A DNA stretch of 48,039 nucleotides from assembly GCA_024642575.1 (NCBI GenBank), contig JAHEBB010000001.1, forward strand, positions 1-48,039, given 5' to 3'. The notes under the pieces are model-generated. The model made no database searches. It was not told the origin of the DNA and worked only from the letters and a program-made list of their open reading frames with translations. Below, in pieces: positions 1-9,116 of this stretch (position 1 is the stretch's first letter; each line of letters opens with the position of its first letter). The stretch is from Trueperaceae bacterium (GTDB taxonomy: Bacteria; Deinococcota; Deinococci; Deinococcales; Trueperaceae). Made by a program: the position numbers and the translations under genes.

Positions 1-691
1 CTAAAGGACTTACAGGTGTTGCAATAAGCGCTTCCATCGTGCCAAGTTCTCGCTCTCTAACAATAGCGAGGGCAGTGAGCAAGCAGGCAACTATGGTCAA
101 AATAAGACCGATGAGTCCAGGGACCATGTAAACAGCGGTGCGGTTATCTGGGTTATAAAGAAGCTCTATGGTTGGTTTAACAGGTGGGGTAAAGCCTGAC
201 CCTGTAAGGGAACGACCTGCAACCAGTTTGCTGCTTAAATCTTGTACAGCGGCATTGGTTGCCGCCCGAATCTGAGCTGAAAGGCTAGGGTCAGAGCCAT
301 CGACATAAAGTTTAAAAGGCACAGAATCACCTTTTCGGGCAGCACCTAGTGCGCCTGCAGGTATATCAAGAATAGCTCTAACGCTCGCACTATTCATCAA
401 GCTTTGCCCTTCAGCAAAACTACTTACAGAAATAGGCTTAAAGCGCTCTTCATCGCTAAAGGCTTTGATCATGGCTTCACTAATGCGGTCTTGCGACTCA
501 TCTAAAACGGCTAGGCGGATGTTTTTGACCGAGGTATTAAGGGCAAAGCCAAAGAGTAGCAGAAGTGCAAGAGGGAAAATAATGATAAGAGGGGGTAAAA
601 TGGGGTCGCGGCGAATTTGAAAGAGTTCTTTGCGGGCAACTGCGGCTACTTGCATGACTAGGCTAGCGCGAAAAGGTTTAGGAAAACTCAT
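1..691 (-). CDS. ABC-2 type transporter permease; about 230 N-terminal aa are present and the 3' part runs off the window
   Basis: My own translation of the minus strand from the ATG at 691 gives MSFPKPFRASLVMQVAAVARKELFQIRRDPILPPLIIIFPLALLLLFGF, then a long soluble loop, then a second TM segment (VYMVPGLIGLILTIVACLLTALAIVRERELGTMEAL). This is the YbhS/YhhJ-like ABC-2 layout. The ATG overlaps the TGA of the upstream ATPase gene (ATGA at 688-691). It is absent from the ORF track because it is open at the window edge. Confidence 0.75.
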   Translation of the reverse strand, partial: MSFPKPFRASLVMQVAAVARKELFQIRRDPILPPLIIIFPLALLLLFGFALNTSVKNIRLAVLDESQDRISEAMIKAFSDEERFKPISVSSFAEGQSLMNSASVRAILDIPAGALGAARKGDSVPFKLYVDGSDPSLSAQIRAATNAAVQDLSSKLVAGRSLTGSGFTPPVKPTIELLYNPDNRTAVYMVPGLIGLILTIVACLLTALAIVRERELGTMEALIATPVSPL

Positions 692-1602
692 AAACTTGCC
701 TCTTTTAAACTTCCGCCTGAAGCCAGATGTACAAAGCTATCTTCTAAACTTGGCATAACAGGCTCGAGCTGCTTACCTTCAAGCTCAGTTTCGTGCAGGG
801 GGCTTAGACTGCTTAAGCGCACACTGTTACTACTAATCCAGGCATCGCGAACATCGTCAAGTTGCCTTGCTGCCTTAAGACCTTCAGAAAGATTGTCAGG
901 CTCGAGCCGATAAAAATAGCCAGGGGTGGCTCTCCGTAGCGATTCAGGTGTTCCCTGAGCCAGCACCTTGCCACTGGCAATCATCGCAAGCTGATGACAA
1001 CGCTCAGCTTCTTCCATGTAATGGGTACTTACAAAGACCGTCACGCCTTCTAAGCTTAGAGAATAAATTAAATCCCAAAGTTCTCGGCGACCAATAGGGT
1101 CAACATTGGCAGTAGGTTCATCTAAAAAGATAAGGCTGGGGTGGTGAACCATAGCGGTACCTAAAAGAAGGCGTTGCCGCCAGCCTCCAGAAAGCTGGCC
1201 TGCTAGTACCTTGCGGTGTTCAGTTAAAGAAAAACGCTCGAGCACGTCTTCCACGGCAGCTTTTATTTCGCTTCTAGGCAGGTAAATCGAAGCCTTAAAG
1301 CGAAGATTTTCCTCAAGGCTTAAGTCATGGTAAACACTAGCTGCCTGATTGGCATACCCTATGGAAGCTTTCACGCTATCTGGTTCTTTAAGAGATATGC
1401 CAGCCACTGTTGCCGTGCCGCTGCTGGGTTTGGTTACGCCGCAAAGCATACGAATAGTCGTGGTTTTGCCCGCACCATTAGGCCCTAAAAAACCAAAAAC
1501 AATGCCCTTGGGCACGTTAAGGTTGAGCTTGTCCACTACAGGAATCTGCTGCCGACCTATGCGGTAGTTTTTGCTTAAATTCTGAGTTTCAATAGCATTC
1601 AT
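688..1602 (-). CDS. ABC transporter ATP-binding protein (ABC-2/DrrA-like exporter ATPase)
   Basis: Track ORF 688..1629. Walker A is GPNGAGKTT, the ABC signature is LSGGWRQRL and Walker B is LIFLDEPT. I place the start at the ATG at 1602 (MNAIETQNLSKNY) because a GGAG lies a few nt upstream. Confidence 0.9.
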   Translation of the reverse strand: MNAIETQNLSKNYRIGRQQIPVVDKLNLNVPKGIVFGFLGPNGAGKTTTIRMLCGVTKPSSGTATVAGISLKEPDSVKASIGYANQAASVYHDLSLEENLRFKASIYLPRSEIKAAVEDVLERFSLTEHRKVLAGQLSGGWRQRLLLGTAMVHHPSLIFLDEPTANVDPIGRRELWDLIYSLSLEGVTVFVSTHYMEEAERCHQLAMIASGKVLAQGTPESLRRATPGYFYRLEPDNLSEGLKAARQLDDVRDAWISSNSVRLSSLSPLHETELEGKQLEPVMPSLEDSFVHLASGGSLKEASL

Positions 1603-1705
1603 CTTTAACTCCTTGAAGCATGTAAGCACTTACTTGCATTATGAAGAGCGTCTGGAGACAAGTCAAGGGCGCAGAGCATTAGAGATGATAAAAAGCTCGG
1701 GGCAG

Positions 1706-1742
1706 CAAAAAAAGAGGCATCCTTATTTCTAAAGATGCCTCT
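1706..1742 (-). terminator. Rho-independent terminator downstream of the aldo/keto reductase gene
   Basis: A 9-bp perfect stem, AGAGGCATC (1713-1721) with GATGCCTCT (1734-1742), encloses a 12-nt loop. The adjacent A7 run on the plus strand (1707-1713) becomes a U-run right after the stem on the minus-strand transcript. Confidence 0.7.
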
Positions 1743-1799
1743 AAGATAAAGCAATTAGCGAACCAGGCGCATCGCCAAGGGTTTAGACCCAAAAGAGAT

Positions 1800-2699
1800 T
1801 TAAGTGAGTTGTGCCCAGTCTTTGCCAAGTGAATCAAACCGTCTATGCAATTCAGCCACAACGCTTTCTGGTATGGGTAAGGCTTGACTCACCATATCAA
1901 TATTGGCTTTGACGTATTTTGGGGTTTTGGTGCCGACAATGGCTACATCTACAGCGTCATGGGCAAAGGTAAAGCCTAAAGCCAATAAAATGCGGTCGGC
2001 TGGCTCATTTTCAATAGGGCCAAGGGCACGCAGTTTTTGGGCGCGTTCAAAATAACCATCAGCATAGCCACTTGGACTGCTAGCCGCACCCCAGGCACTA
2101 TTGGCAATCGGGCGTTTGATAATAAGCCCCATGTTTTTTTCTTTAATTTTGTCAAACAGGCTGTGCCTGGCTTTTTGCTCAACCAGATTAAAGCTGGTTT
2201 GTAGCGTATCAAATACGCCACTGTTTACCGCCCAAACCGCTGCGTCATTGTCACCACTGTAGCCAATGTAGCGTATTTTGCCTTCTTGCTGAGCTTTTTG
2301 TAAGGCTTTTATGGCTTCGCCTTTTTCCAGAACCTCGAGGCTACAGGAGTGTAACTGCACCAAATCAAGATAGTCTGTTTTCATTCGTTTTAAACTGCGG
2401 TCGATGCTGTCGCTTATGGTTTTTGCCGTCCAGGGTTCGCCTTCGTAGCCACCTGCAATGTGACCTGCTTTGGTAGCTAGATAATACTCATTGCGTCTAT
2501 GAGCAACCGTTTGACCGACAAATTCCTCACTTACGTTATAACAGGCTGCGGTATCTAAAAAGTTAATACCTAAATCTAAGGCATTGTTAAGAACTTCGGC
2601 AGCTCGAGCCGTATCTATACCCCCATAACCAATTTCGGAAAGCCCTGCGCCAAGACGAGACACTAACATATCTGTTTTTCCTAATTGTCTTTTTTCCAT
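1800..2699 (-). CDS. Aldo/keto reductase family oxidoreductase
   Basis: 299 aa. The N-terminus MEKRQLGKTDMLVSRLGAGLSEIG, plus LGINFLDTAACY, YLATK, LDLVQLH and IRYIGYS, are typical AKR blocks. Confidence 0.9.
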   Translation of the reverse strand: MEKRQLGKTDMLVSRLGAGLSEIGYGGIDTARAAEVLNNALDLGINFLDTAACYNVSEEFVGQTVAHRRNEYYLATKAGHIAGGYEGEPWTAKTISDSIDRSLKRMKTDYLDLVQLHSCSLEVLEKGEAIKALQKAQQEGKIRYIGYSGDNDAAVWAVNSGVFDTLQTSFNLVEQKARHSLFDKIKEKNMGLIIKRPIANSAWGAASSPSGYADGYFERAQKLRALGPIENEPADRILLALGFTFAHDAVDVAIVGTKTPKYVKANIDMVSQALPIPESVVAELHRRFDSLGKDWAQLT

Positions 2700-2974
2700 G
2701 TTTGAGCATACCTTAAGGTTTATAGAGCTCTTTGCAATGTAGCTGTCAATCCTTGTTACCGAAGTAAAAGCTTATGTTTCAAGCGAGGCATATGACAGTA
2801 GCTGAGACCAGTGTTAATGTATAAAATTTCGCATTTCCGATTTAAAACATCCTAAAAAACGATTCATTTCATTTTGTAAAAGAAGTGTAACAAAGCTGGT
2901 TTAAGCTCGGCTCATGATTATTTCATCTCTTGCGTTCTGAAAAATCAAAATTGAAGGTATTGAAAGGAATTTTT

Positions 2975-3475
2975 ATGAAACGATGGGTCACCTTGCTGGT
3001 TTTTGTTTGTTTCTATGCCAATGCCCAGCAATCTCCCCTCGAGCTTAAGCTCGAGCGCTTTGTCATTACACAAGTTGAGCAAGAGGGTGAAATGACAGAG
3101 TTAAGAGCAGCAGCTTTTGAATCACGTCCTGGGGACATGATTGAAGAAGTGCTCACAGCTACTAACCTTACGGATAACGCCTTAGCGGGTGTCACGCTTG
3201 AAATACCTGTGCCTATAGGTAGCAGCTATATCGCTGATAGTGCCAGCGTACTTGAGAGTGGTGGCGAGACGATTGTTGCCCAGTTCAGTTTTGACAACGG
3301 CTCGAGCTTTGGATTTGCGCCGCTTTATAAAACCATTACGGTGGTTGAAGACGGTAAGGAGGTAACAAAAGAGGTCATAGTTGACCCAAGTGAGTACACC
3401 CATGTTCGCTGGCTTTTGCCGAGTTTTAGTGCGAATGCAGAACTTACAGCCCAATTTCGCGCTGTAGTCCGTTAG
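2975..3475 (+). CDS. Small secreted protein with one DUF11-like domain (cluster gene A)
   Basis: Track ORF 2930..3475 begins at a TTG. The ATG at 2975 gives MKRWVTLLVFVCFYANAQ/Q, a clean signal peptide. The body contains PGDMIEEVLTATNLTDNALAGVTLEIPVPIGSSYIADSA, which resembles the DUF11 / conserved repeat domain core. Confidence 0.6.
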   Translation: MKRWVTLLVFVCFYANAQQSPLELKLERFVITQVEQEGEMTELRAAAFESRPGDMIEEVLTATNLTDNALAGVTLEIPVPIGSSYIADSASVLESGGETIVAQFSFDNGSSFGFAPLYKTITVVEDGKEVTKEVIVDPSEYTHVRWLLPSFSANAELTAQFRAVVR

Positions 3476-3514
3476 GTTTTCCCATACTCTTTTTATTCCG
3501 GAGGCATACTTTAC

Positions 3515-6262
3515 ATGTTGCATTTTAATAAAGGCCTGTTGGTTCTATTTGCGCTGCTGCTCAGTTTTGCATTAGCAGTAGGTACACCAGCGGGTGAAGA
3601 AATTACCAACCAGGCGACGGCTAAATATACCGATTCTGGTGGTCAACAACAAACCACAAACTCAAACCAAGTTATTACGGTTGTTAAACAAATTTTTGGT
3701 ATTAACATCGTAGCTAACGGTACAACCACTGTGCCTGGTCAAAGCCAGGACAGCACGCCAGGTAGCACCGTTTACTATCCTTATACCTTAACCAATACGG
3801 GTAACGGCATTGATAGCTTTACCCTTAGTTCAGTCATTGATACCGATGAAACCAGTGATAATGGCAGTATCAGTACCCCTGTTTTTTATCTTGACCGTGA
3901 TGGGGATGGGGTCGTTGATGCAGGTGAAAGTCAGATAACAAGCGTTGCTGATTTGGCAGCTGACGCTTCGGTAAAACTCATTATGGCCTACCGTTTACCT
4001 ACCGGTGCTGATTCTGCCGATGAGGTTATTGCAACCCTTAAAGGCGTGAGTGTCAATGATCCAGCGGGTAGCCCAGCTAGCGATGAAAACAACTACCATT
4101 TGACCACAGTGGTTCAAGATGCCACGATTGTTGTTTCAAAGGCAGCCAGCGTGTCTGAGGTAGAACCTGGCGATACCATTACTTATACGATTACAGCAAC
4201 CAATACGGGCTCAAAAAATGCTACCACTGTAACCCTTACTGACGCTGCACCAACAGGTACCACTATGGTCTCAGCTTCAGTGACGACGATTCCTAGTGGT
4301 AATGCTGCTGATACCAGTGTGCCAGTTGGCATTTTCGCAACAGTTATTCCTGGACAGACGGTACAAATGAGCTTTAGTGTTACCGTAGATGCAGGCACGC
4401 TCCCCGGTAATATTGATAATAGTGCCAGTGTCAGTTTTGTCGATAGTACCTCGAGCACCAAAACCGTTACCACCAATACAACCACGACCCAAGTCCTAGC
4501 CAGTTACGATACTGCTGTTGGCCCTAAAGATGATCCTTTGGATGGTTTAGCTGGCGATAGCGCTACACCCGTGTCTTATACCAGCGCAGAAGGCTACACC
4601 ATTACCGCTGCCGATGATGATGACGAGCAAACAGTTGCTGAAGTCGATGCAGGCGACAGCATAAGTTTTGTCAACTCGGTTAAGAACCTTGGTACAGCAA
4701 CCGATACCTTCAATTTTACGCTTGATAATACGGCTTTAAACCTTTCCTCAGGTTTTTCTGTAGTCATTACCCGTCTTGATGGTACACCTTTGCCTGATTC
4801 TGATGGTGACGGTAACCCAGATAGTGGTCCTTTGGCCAGAACAGCTGAGTTCGATTTTGTCGTCAAGGTTTTCTTGCCCGCTTCTCAAGATGACAGCGAT
4901 GGTGCCACCACGGTGCATAGTGTCGTGCTAACGGCAACCTCAAAACAAGACAATACGCAAACGGATACGACCACCAATACCATTACCGATGTTAAAGGCC
5001 CTGGGGTTGATTTTGGTAACAATACCGACACCGATGTCGATGGTGCCGATGATGACACCGTAGATAGCGCATTAGCCGTCACCAAAACCCAAAACCCTGG
5101 CACCAAAGCGGTATTCCCCATGGATGTTGTTAATACAGGTAGCCGTTTAGATAGCTATGATTTAAGTGGTAGCGTGAGCTTTAGCAGTACTACAGGCGCT
5201 ACTTTGGCAGTAGCTGTGTTTTATTACCGTGATAGTGCTGATACTAATGGTGATGGTACCTTAAGCAGTGCTGAAATTGCTGCGGCTACGCCCATAACCA
5301 ATACGGGGCTTATTGATCCAGATGTTGATGCTGAAAAAACGGTGTTTGCGGTGGTTTCTATTCCGGCAACGGCGACACCCCAAACCGTAACCCTAAGTCA
5401 ATCAGCTAGCTCACCCTTAACAGGGGTTAGTATGGCCTTTAACCTTGACAGGGTAACGGTAAATGCAGTTAGAGATTTTAGCTTTAACCCTGATCGTAAC
5501 GGTACGATTCCAAGCCCAGGTACGATTATTTATCAGCATAGCGTTACTAATAACGGTAACTTAAACATTAGCGATTTAGATATTACTGAGTTAGCAAGTG
5601 GTAACACAACAGGTTGGACCTATCTGTACTCTTATAACGGCACAACCTATTTCCCAGCTGCTAGCATGCCGGCACCTACGGCAATTACCCCAGGCTCGAG
5701 CCAGACCATCTTTATTAAGGTCAATGCGCCGGCTGGTGTACCACGTAATGCAAACAATATTGTCACTGTGACTGCCGCTCCTACCTGGGGTAGTGAAGGT
5801 AGTTCTTCAGGTAGTGACGGTGTTACCGATACCACAACAGTTATTAGCGGTGAATTGACCGTTGTAAAAGAGTGGAGTGCTGATGGTGGCACAAATTGGT
5901 TTAAAGGCGATGGTACCGATGGTTCTACCCCACCAGAGGTAGCCCCAAGCGGTGACATCTTGTACCGTATGCGCATAACTAATATTGGTACGGCCAATGT
6001 CACAGCTACCTATTTGCTTGACTCAGTACCTACCTTTACTGACTATGTAACAGGTTCAGCCAAGTTTCAGACAACGCCGGGTGTTAGTGATAGCATACGC
6101 TGCTCAAACAATGGTGGCTCAACGTTTATCGTGATTTGTCCTGTAGCCTCGGGCTCGAGCCCCTTTAATGTTGATACAGCTGTTGACGCAGTTCGTTTCT
6201 ACATCGATAGTCTTAACCCAGGTGCAACCGTAGAAGTTCGTTTTACTGTCCGTATTCAATAA
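3515..6262 (+). CDS. Secreted DUF11-repeat protein, Thr/Asp/Ser-rich, 915 aa (cluster gene B; candidate major structural subunit)
   Basis: GGAGG lies 10 nt upstream of the ATG. The signal peptide is LLVLFALLLSFALA, followed by TPAGEEITNQATAKY. A textbook DUF11 core is present (VEPGDTITYTITATNTGSKNATTVTLTDAAPTGTTMVS), with further copies such as VDAGDSISFVNSVKNLGTATDTFNF and SGDILYRMRITNIGTANVTATYLLDSVP. EF-hand-like loops are DRDGDGVVDAGE and DTNGDGTLSSAE. Confidence 0.8.
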   Translation: MLHFNKGLLVLFALLLSFALAVGTPAGEEITNQATAKYTDSGGQQQTTNSNQVITVVKQIFGINIVANGTTTVPGQSQDSTPGSTVYYPYTLTNTGNGIDSFTLSSVIDTDETSDNGSISTPVFYLDRDGDGVVDAGESQITSVADLAADASVKLIMAYRLPTGADSADEVIATLKGVSVNDPAGSPASDENNYHLTTVVQDATIVVSKAASVSEVEPGDTITYTITATNTGSKNATTVTLTDAAPTGTTMVSASVTTIPSGNAADTSVPVGIFATVIPGQTVQMSFSVTVDAGTLPGNIDNSASVSFVDSTSSTKTVTTNTTTTQVLASYDTAVGPKDDPLDGLAGDSATPVSYTSAEGYTITAADDDDEQTVAEVDAGDSISFVNSVKNLGTATDTFNFTLDNTALNLSSGFSVVITRLDGTPLPDSDGDGNPDSGPLARTAEFDFVVKVFLPASQDDSDGATTVHSVVLTATSKQDNTQTDTTTNTITDVKGPGVDFGNNTDTDVDGADDDTVDSALAVTKTQNPGTKAVFPMDVVNTGSRLDSYDLSGSVSFSSTTGATLAVAVFYYRDSADTNGDGTLSSAEIAAATPITNTGLIDPDVDAEKTVFAVVSIPATATPQTVTLSQSASSPLTGVSMAFNLDRVTVNAVRDFSFNPDRNGTIPSPGTIIYQHSVTNNGNLNISDLDITELASGNTTGWTYLYSYNGTTYFPAASMPAPTAITPGSSQTIFIKVNAPAGVPRNANNIVTVTAAPTWGSEGSSSGSDGVTDTTTVISGELTVVKEWSADGGTNWFKGDGTDGSTPPEVAPSGDILYRMRITNIGTANVTATYLLDSVPTFTDYVTGSAKFQTTPGVSDSIRCSNNGGSTFIVICPVASGSSPFNVDTAVDAVRFYIDSLNPGATVEVRFTVRIQ

Positions 6263-6268
6263 ATGACT

Positions 6269-6290
6269 GTGGCCCCTTAACGGGGGCCAC
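6269..6290 (+). terminator. GC-rich hairpin between cluster genes B and C; possible partial terminator or attenuator
   Basis: GTGGCCCC (6269-6276), loop TTAACG, GGGGCCAC (6283-6290). It begins 7 nt after the gene B stop codon. A pyrimidine/T-rich tract CTCTCCTATTTTA follows, then the gene C ATG at 6303. Confidence 0.5.
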
Positions 6291-6302
6291 CTCTCCTATT
6301 TT

Positions 6303-9116
6303 ATGAACCCCATGAAACTATTAAGCATCTTACTTATTTTTTTTCACTCAGCCTTGGCGCTTACACCTGCTGGCACCCTTATTCGCAATCAGGCCAGTGC
6401 TAGTTTTCAAGGGGAAACCTATTTATCAAATGAAGTCGGAACCAAGGTCAGAGCGCTTTGTGTGCCGCAACTTGGCCCCAATGGCAGTGTTGCTAAGCCT
6501 GGACAGCAAGTAACCAGTCGCCAGGGCGAATTTATTTATCTTTCTTATTTGATGCAAAATGTCGGCAATGCCAGCTTTGATTTTCGCCTGGGCTGGGCGC
6601 AAGATGTTAGCTCGAGCTGGACACCTGAAACGGTTCGTTTCTTTGCCGATACGAATGCCAACGGACAGCTTGATGAAGCTGAACCCGTGCTAAAAAGCCT
6701 GAATCTTGCCAGAAATAAATCCCAGCCGCTGATTATGGAGTTAAAACTGCCCCCAGATGCACTTGGTCAAAGTTATATTACGCCAACCTTGCAGTGCTCA
6801 ACAGGTGAACTTGACAGTGATAACTATGCCCTTATTCGAGTGACTCAGGGGCCAGCTTTACAACTTATTAAGTCTGTATCGCAGCAAACTGCAAAACCAG
6901 GAGAGAGCCTCGAGTTTGGTTTACAACTGGTTAATAAGGGCGGCTCGAGCGCTAGTGGCGAAGTTATTTTAACGGATCTTTTTGATACCCCTGAGCTGAT
7001 GGGTTTGCGTTTTGAAACGGGCTCAGCTAAGGCTAGTACAGGAAAGCTCGAGTATTTTGATGGCCTGAACTGGCAAGAGACCGAACCTGAAAGTGTCAAA
7101 GGTATTCGCCTGATTATTACAGATTTAACCGTTGAAGAAGTCGCCCAATTAGGCTATAAAATGCAGGTTCTGGCTACAGCACAAGCGGGCAAGCGCCGTA
7201 ATTCTGCGCTTGCGGAAGGACCAGGCGGGCCAGCCGAGGCTGCTGTAGAATTTGAGCTTATTGCCCATTATGAGCACCATCTGGGGCCAATCAATAACGC
7301 TCGAGCCCTGCCGGGGGGCGAAGAAAGTCTTAACGATAGCCAAAGTATCGATAAACTTATTTTTGGGCAAAGCCGCTGTTTTTTGCATACCCTTGAAAAT
7401 GCCAGTACCAGCCAAGACAGTTATCAACTTCATCTTTTAGGATTGCCCCCGCAAGTCAGCGCCAGTTTTAATACCATGCAAGATTTGCCTCTGGCTGAAA
7501 GCATTGCTTTGGACGCGGGCGAGACGCTAGATTTTAAGCTCTGTTTAACAACCTCAGGTATTGCGGGAGGGTTTAACCTAACGCTCGAGGCGATTTCAGA
7601 GACAACAGAAGAAGCTAATCTAACCTTTGACAAGGTAGAGAGCAGCGTCAGTGCCAGTCAAATTAGCCTCATAAAAACAGCCAGTAAGCCTTTTGCTGTT
7701 GATACTGGTGAAGACTTAAGTTATACGCTTAGTATCAAAAATGGGAATAGTTTCGAGCTTCATAATTTAGTGATAAGCGATCAGCTTCAAGAGTTTAAAA
7801 GTCAATCAGGTAAACCTGTGGAGATTCAAACTGCCTTTGTTTCTGCCTCAGATGGCGGCGTCTTTGACACTGAAAATCGGCTGATTCTCTGGCAACTTGA
7901 TAGCTTAAAGGCAGGGGAAAGCCTCGAGCTTCAGCTCACGGTTCGTATGCCTAAGTCGCCACCCAAGGGTGAGGTCTTTTCACTGGCTAATTATTTCACT
8001 TTAGAGGCTACTGAACTCATCAATCCTTTAAAGTCAAATACCGTTTTTAACGGCTTTCCCGTCATCAATATTGCGATTGAAAAAACAGTAGAGCCTGCTG
8101 TTATTAAGGTGGGCGAAACCCTGCATTACAGCATTACCGTAAGCAACCCGAACAATGTGCCTATGGCTATTGAACTGAGTGACCTACCTGATAGCCGCCT
8201 TGCCTACGTGGACGGCTCGAGCCTTCTTAAACTAGGTGCAACTCAGAAAGCGCTCGAGCCTTTAAAAGAAGGGAAAAACCTTATCTGGAACCTGCGTAAT
8301 GAGGAAGGCTTTTTGCTGCAAGCTGCGGGTGACCTACAAGGTCAAGACAAGCTAACTGTGAGCTATGAGATGGTGCCCAAACCAGGGGCAAGTGGAGAAT
8401 TAAAAAATATTGCCCAAGTCATTGGTCAATATACTTTTGCCTCGAGCGGAGATGAAACCTCAAATCCCGTGAGTGGTATTTCGGTAACCAGCCTCGAGGT
8501 TGAGGCCCTGGTAGAAGTTCAAGAGAGAACCTTAGCAGAGCGCAGCGCTTTGCTAGCCGGCCGCGTTTTCTTTGATTACAACGGCAATAATCTCTATGAT
8601 TATGGGCTAGATTTGGCGCTACCGGGTGCGCGTTTGTTACTCAGCAATGGCTGGCAGACGCTGACCGATCTTGAGGGAAGGTACAGCTTTAGGGACTTAG
8701 CGCCAGGTACTTGGTCGGTCATGCTTGACTCCAGCTCAGCACCGTTTGTACCTCTAGCTCATCCTGAAAGTTTAGATGATGGTTACCGTCACCGCATCGT
8801 TGTTGAAGGACTAAGTGTGTCTGATTTTGTGCTCGAGCTGCCGCTTGGCATGATTTCTGCCAGTCGTGAAACCAGCCTGATTTTTGGCCCTTTGCGTATT
8901 GATAAATCACTCATTGAGTTAGGCGAGTTTTCCAGAGTTGTTTTGCACCTAAGTAGCTCTGAAGCCTTACCTGAACTTAGCCTTAGTGACACTGTGCCAG
9001 GTCAAGAAGCAAAGCTCTTTTACTTTGAGCTTTTTCAAGGGGAAACTACCCTTACCTACGACATACCTAAAGATTTGCCCCTTACCGACCCGAATGTTCG
9101 CTGGAGATATCCATGA
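6303..9116 (+). CDS. Secreted DUF11-repeat protein with a C-terminal SdrD-B/CnaB-like domain, 937 aa (cluster gene C)
   Basis: The signal peptide LLSILLIFFHSALA is followed by LTPAGTLIRNQASASF, the same motif as in gene B. DUF11 cores include AKPGESLEFGLQLVNKGGSSASGEVILTDLF, VDTGEDLSYTLSIKNGNSFELHNLVISDQL and IKVGETLHYSITVSNPNNVPMAIELSDLPDSRLAYVDGS. The SdrD-B-like block is LAGRVFFDYNGNNLYDYGLDLALPGARLLLSNGWQTLTDLEGRYSFRDLAPGTWSV. Confidence 0.8.
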   Translation: MNPMKLLSILLIFFHSALALTPAGTLIRNQASASFQGETYLSNEVGTKVRALCVPQLGPNGSVAKPGQQVTSRQGEFIYLSYLMQNVGNASFDFRLGWAQDVSSSWTPETVRFFADTNANGQLDEAEPVLKSLNLARNKSQPLIMELKLPPDALGQSYITPTLQCSTGELDSDNYALIRVTQGPALQLIKSVSQQTAKPGESLEFGLQLVNKGGSSASGEVILTDLFDTPELMGLRFETGSAKASTGKLEYFDGLNWQETEPESVKGIRLIITDLTVEEVAQLGYKMQVLATAQAGKRRNSALAEGPGGPAEAAVEFELIAHYEHHLGPINNARALPGGEESLNDSQSIDKLIFGQSRCFLHTLENASTSQDSYQLHLLGLPPQVSASFNTMQDLPLAESIALDAGETLDFKLCLTTSGIAGGFNLTLEAISETTEEANLTFDKVESSVSASQISLIKTASKPFAVDTGEDLSYTLSIKNGNSFELHNLVISDQLQEFKSQSGKPVEIQTAFVSASDGGVFDTENRLILWQLDSLKAGESLELQLTVRMPKSPPKGEVFSLANYFTLEATELINPLKSNTVFNGFPVINIAIEKTVEPAVIKVGETLHYSITVSNPNNVPMAIELSDLPDSRLAYVDGSSLLKLGATQKALEPLKEGKNLIWNLRNEEGFLLQAAGDLQGQDKLTVSYEMVPKPGASGELKNIAQVIGQYTFASSGDETSNPVSGISVTSLEVEALVEVQERTLAERSALLAGRVFFDYNGNNLYDYGLDLALPGARLLLSNGWQTLTDLEGRYSFRDLAPGTWSVMLDSSSAPFVPLAHPESLDDGYRHRIVVEGLSVSDFVLELPLGMISASRETSLIFGPLRIDKSLIELGEFSRVVLHLSSSEALPELSLSDTVPGQEAKLFYFELFQGETTLTYDIPKDLPLTDPNVRWRYP

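Noticed and set aside
1349-1567. A 72-aa plus-strand ORF lies inside the ABC ATPase gene. Similar nested ORFs occur in other enzymes (1976..2221, 26530..26828, 27959..28267, 37402..38310).
   Set aside because: They are antisense to, or overlap, well-supported genes, and there is no independent evidence for them.
4183-4485. Many 60-118 aa track ORFs lie antisense or out of frame inside the giant genes. Examples are 4183..4485, 4594..4866, 5647..6003, 6845..7099, 11176..11517, 16787..17074 and 19343..19636.
   Set aside because: They sit fully inside long ORFs that have strong motif support. They have low-complexity Ser/Val/Thr/Ala-rich translations typical of shadow frames of Thr/Asp/Gly-rich genes. 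They lack RBS and recognisable motifs.
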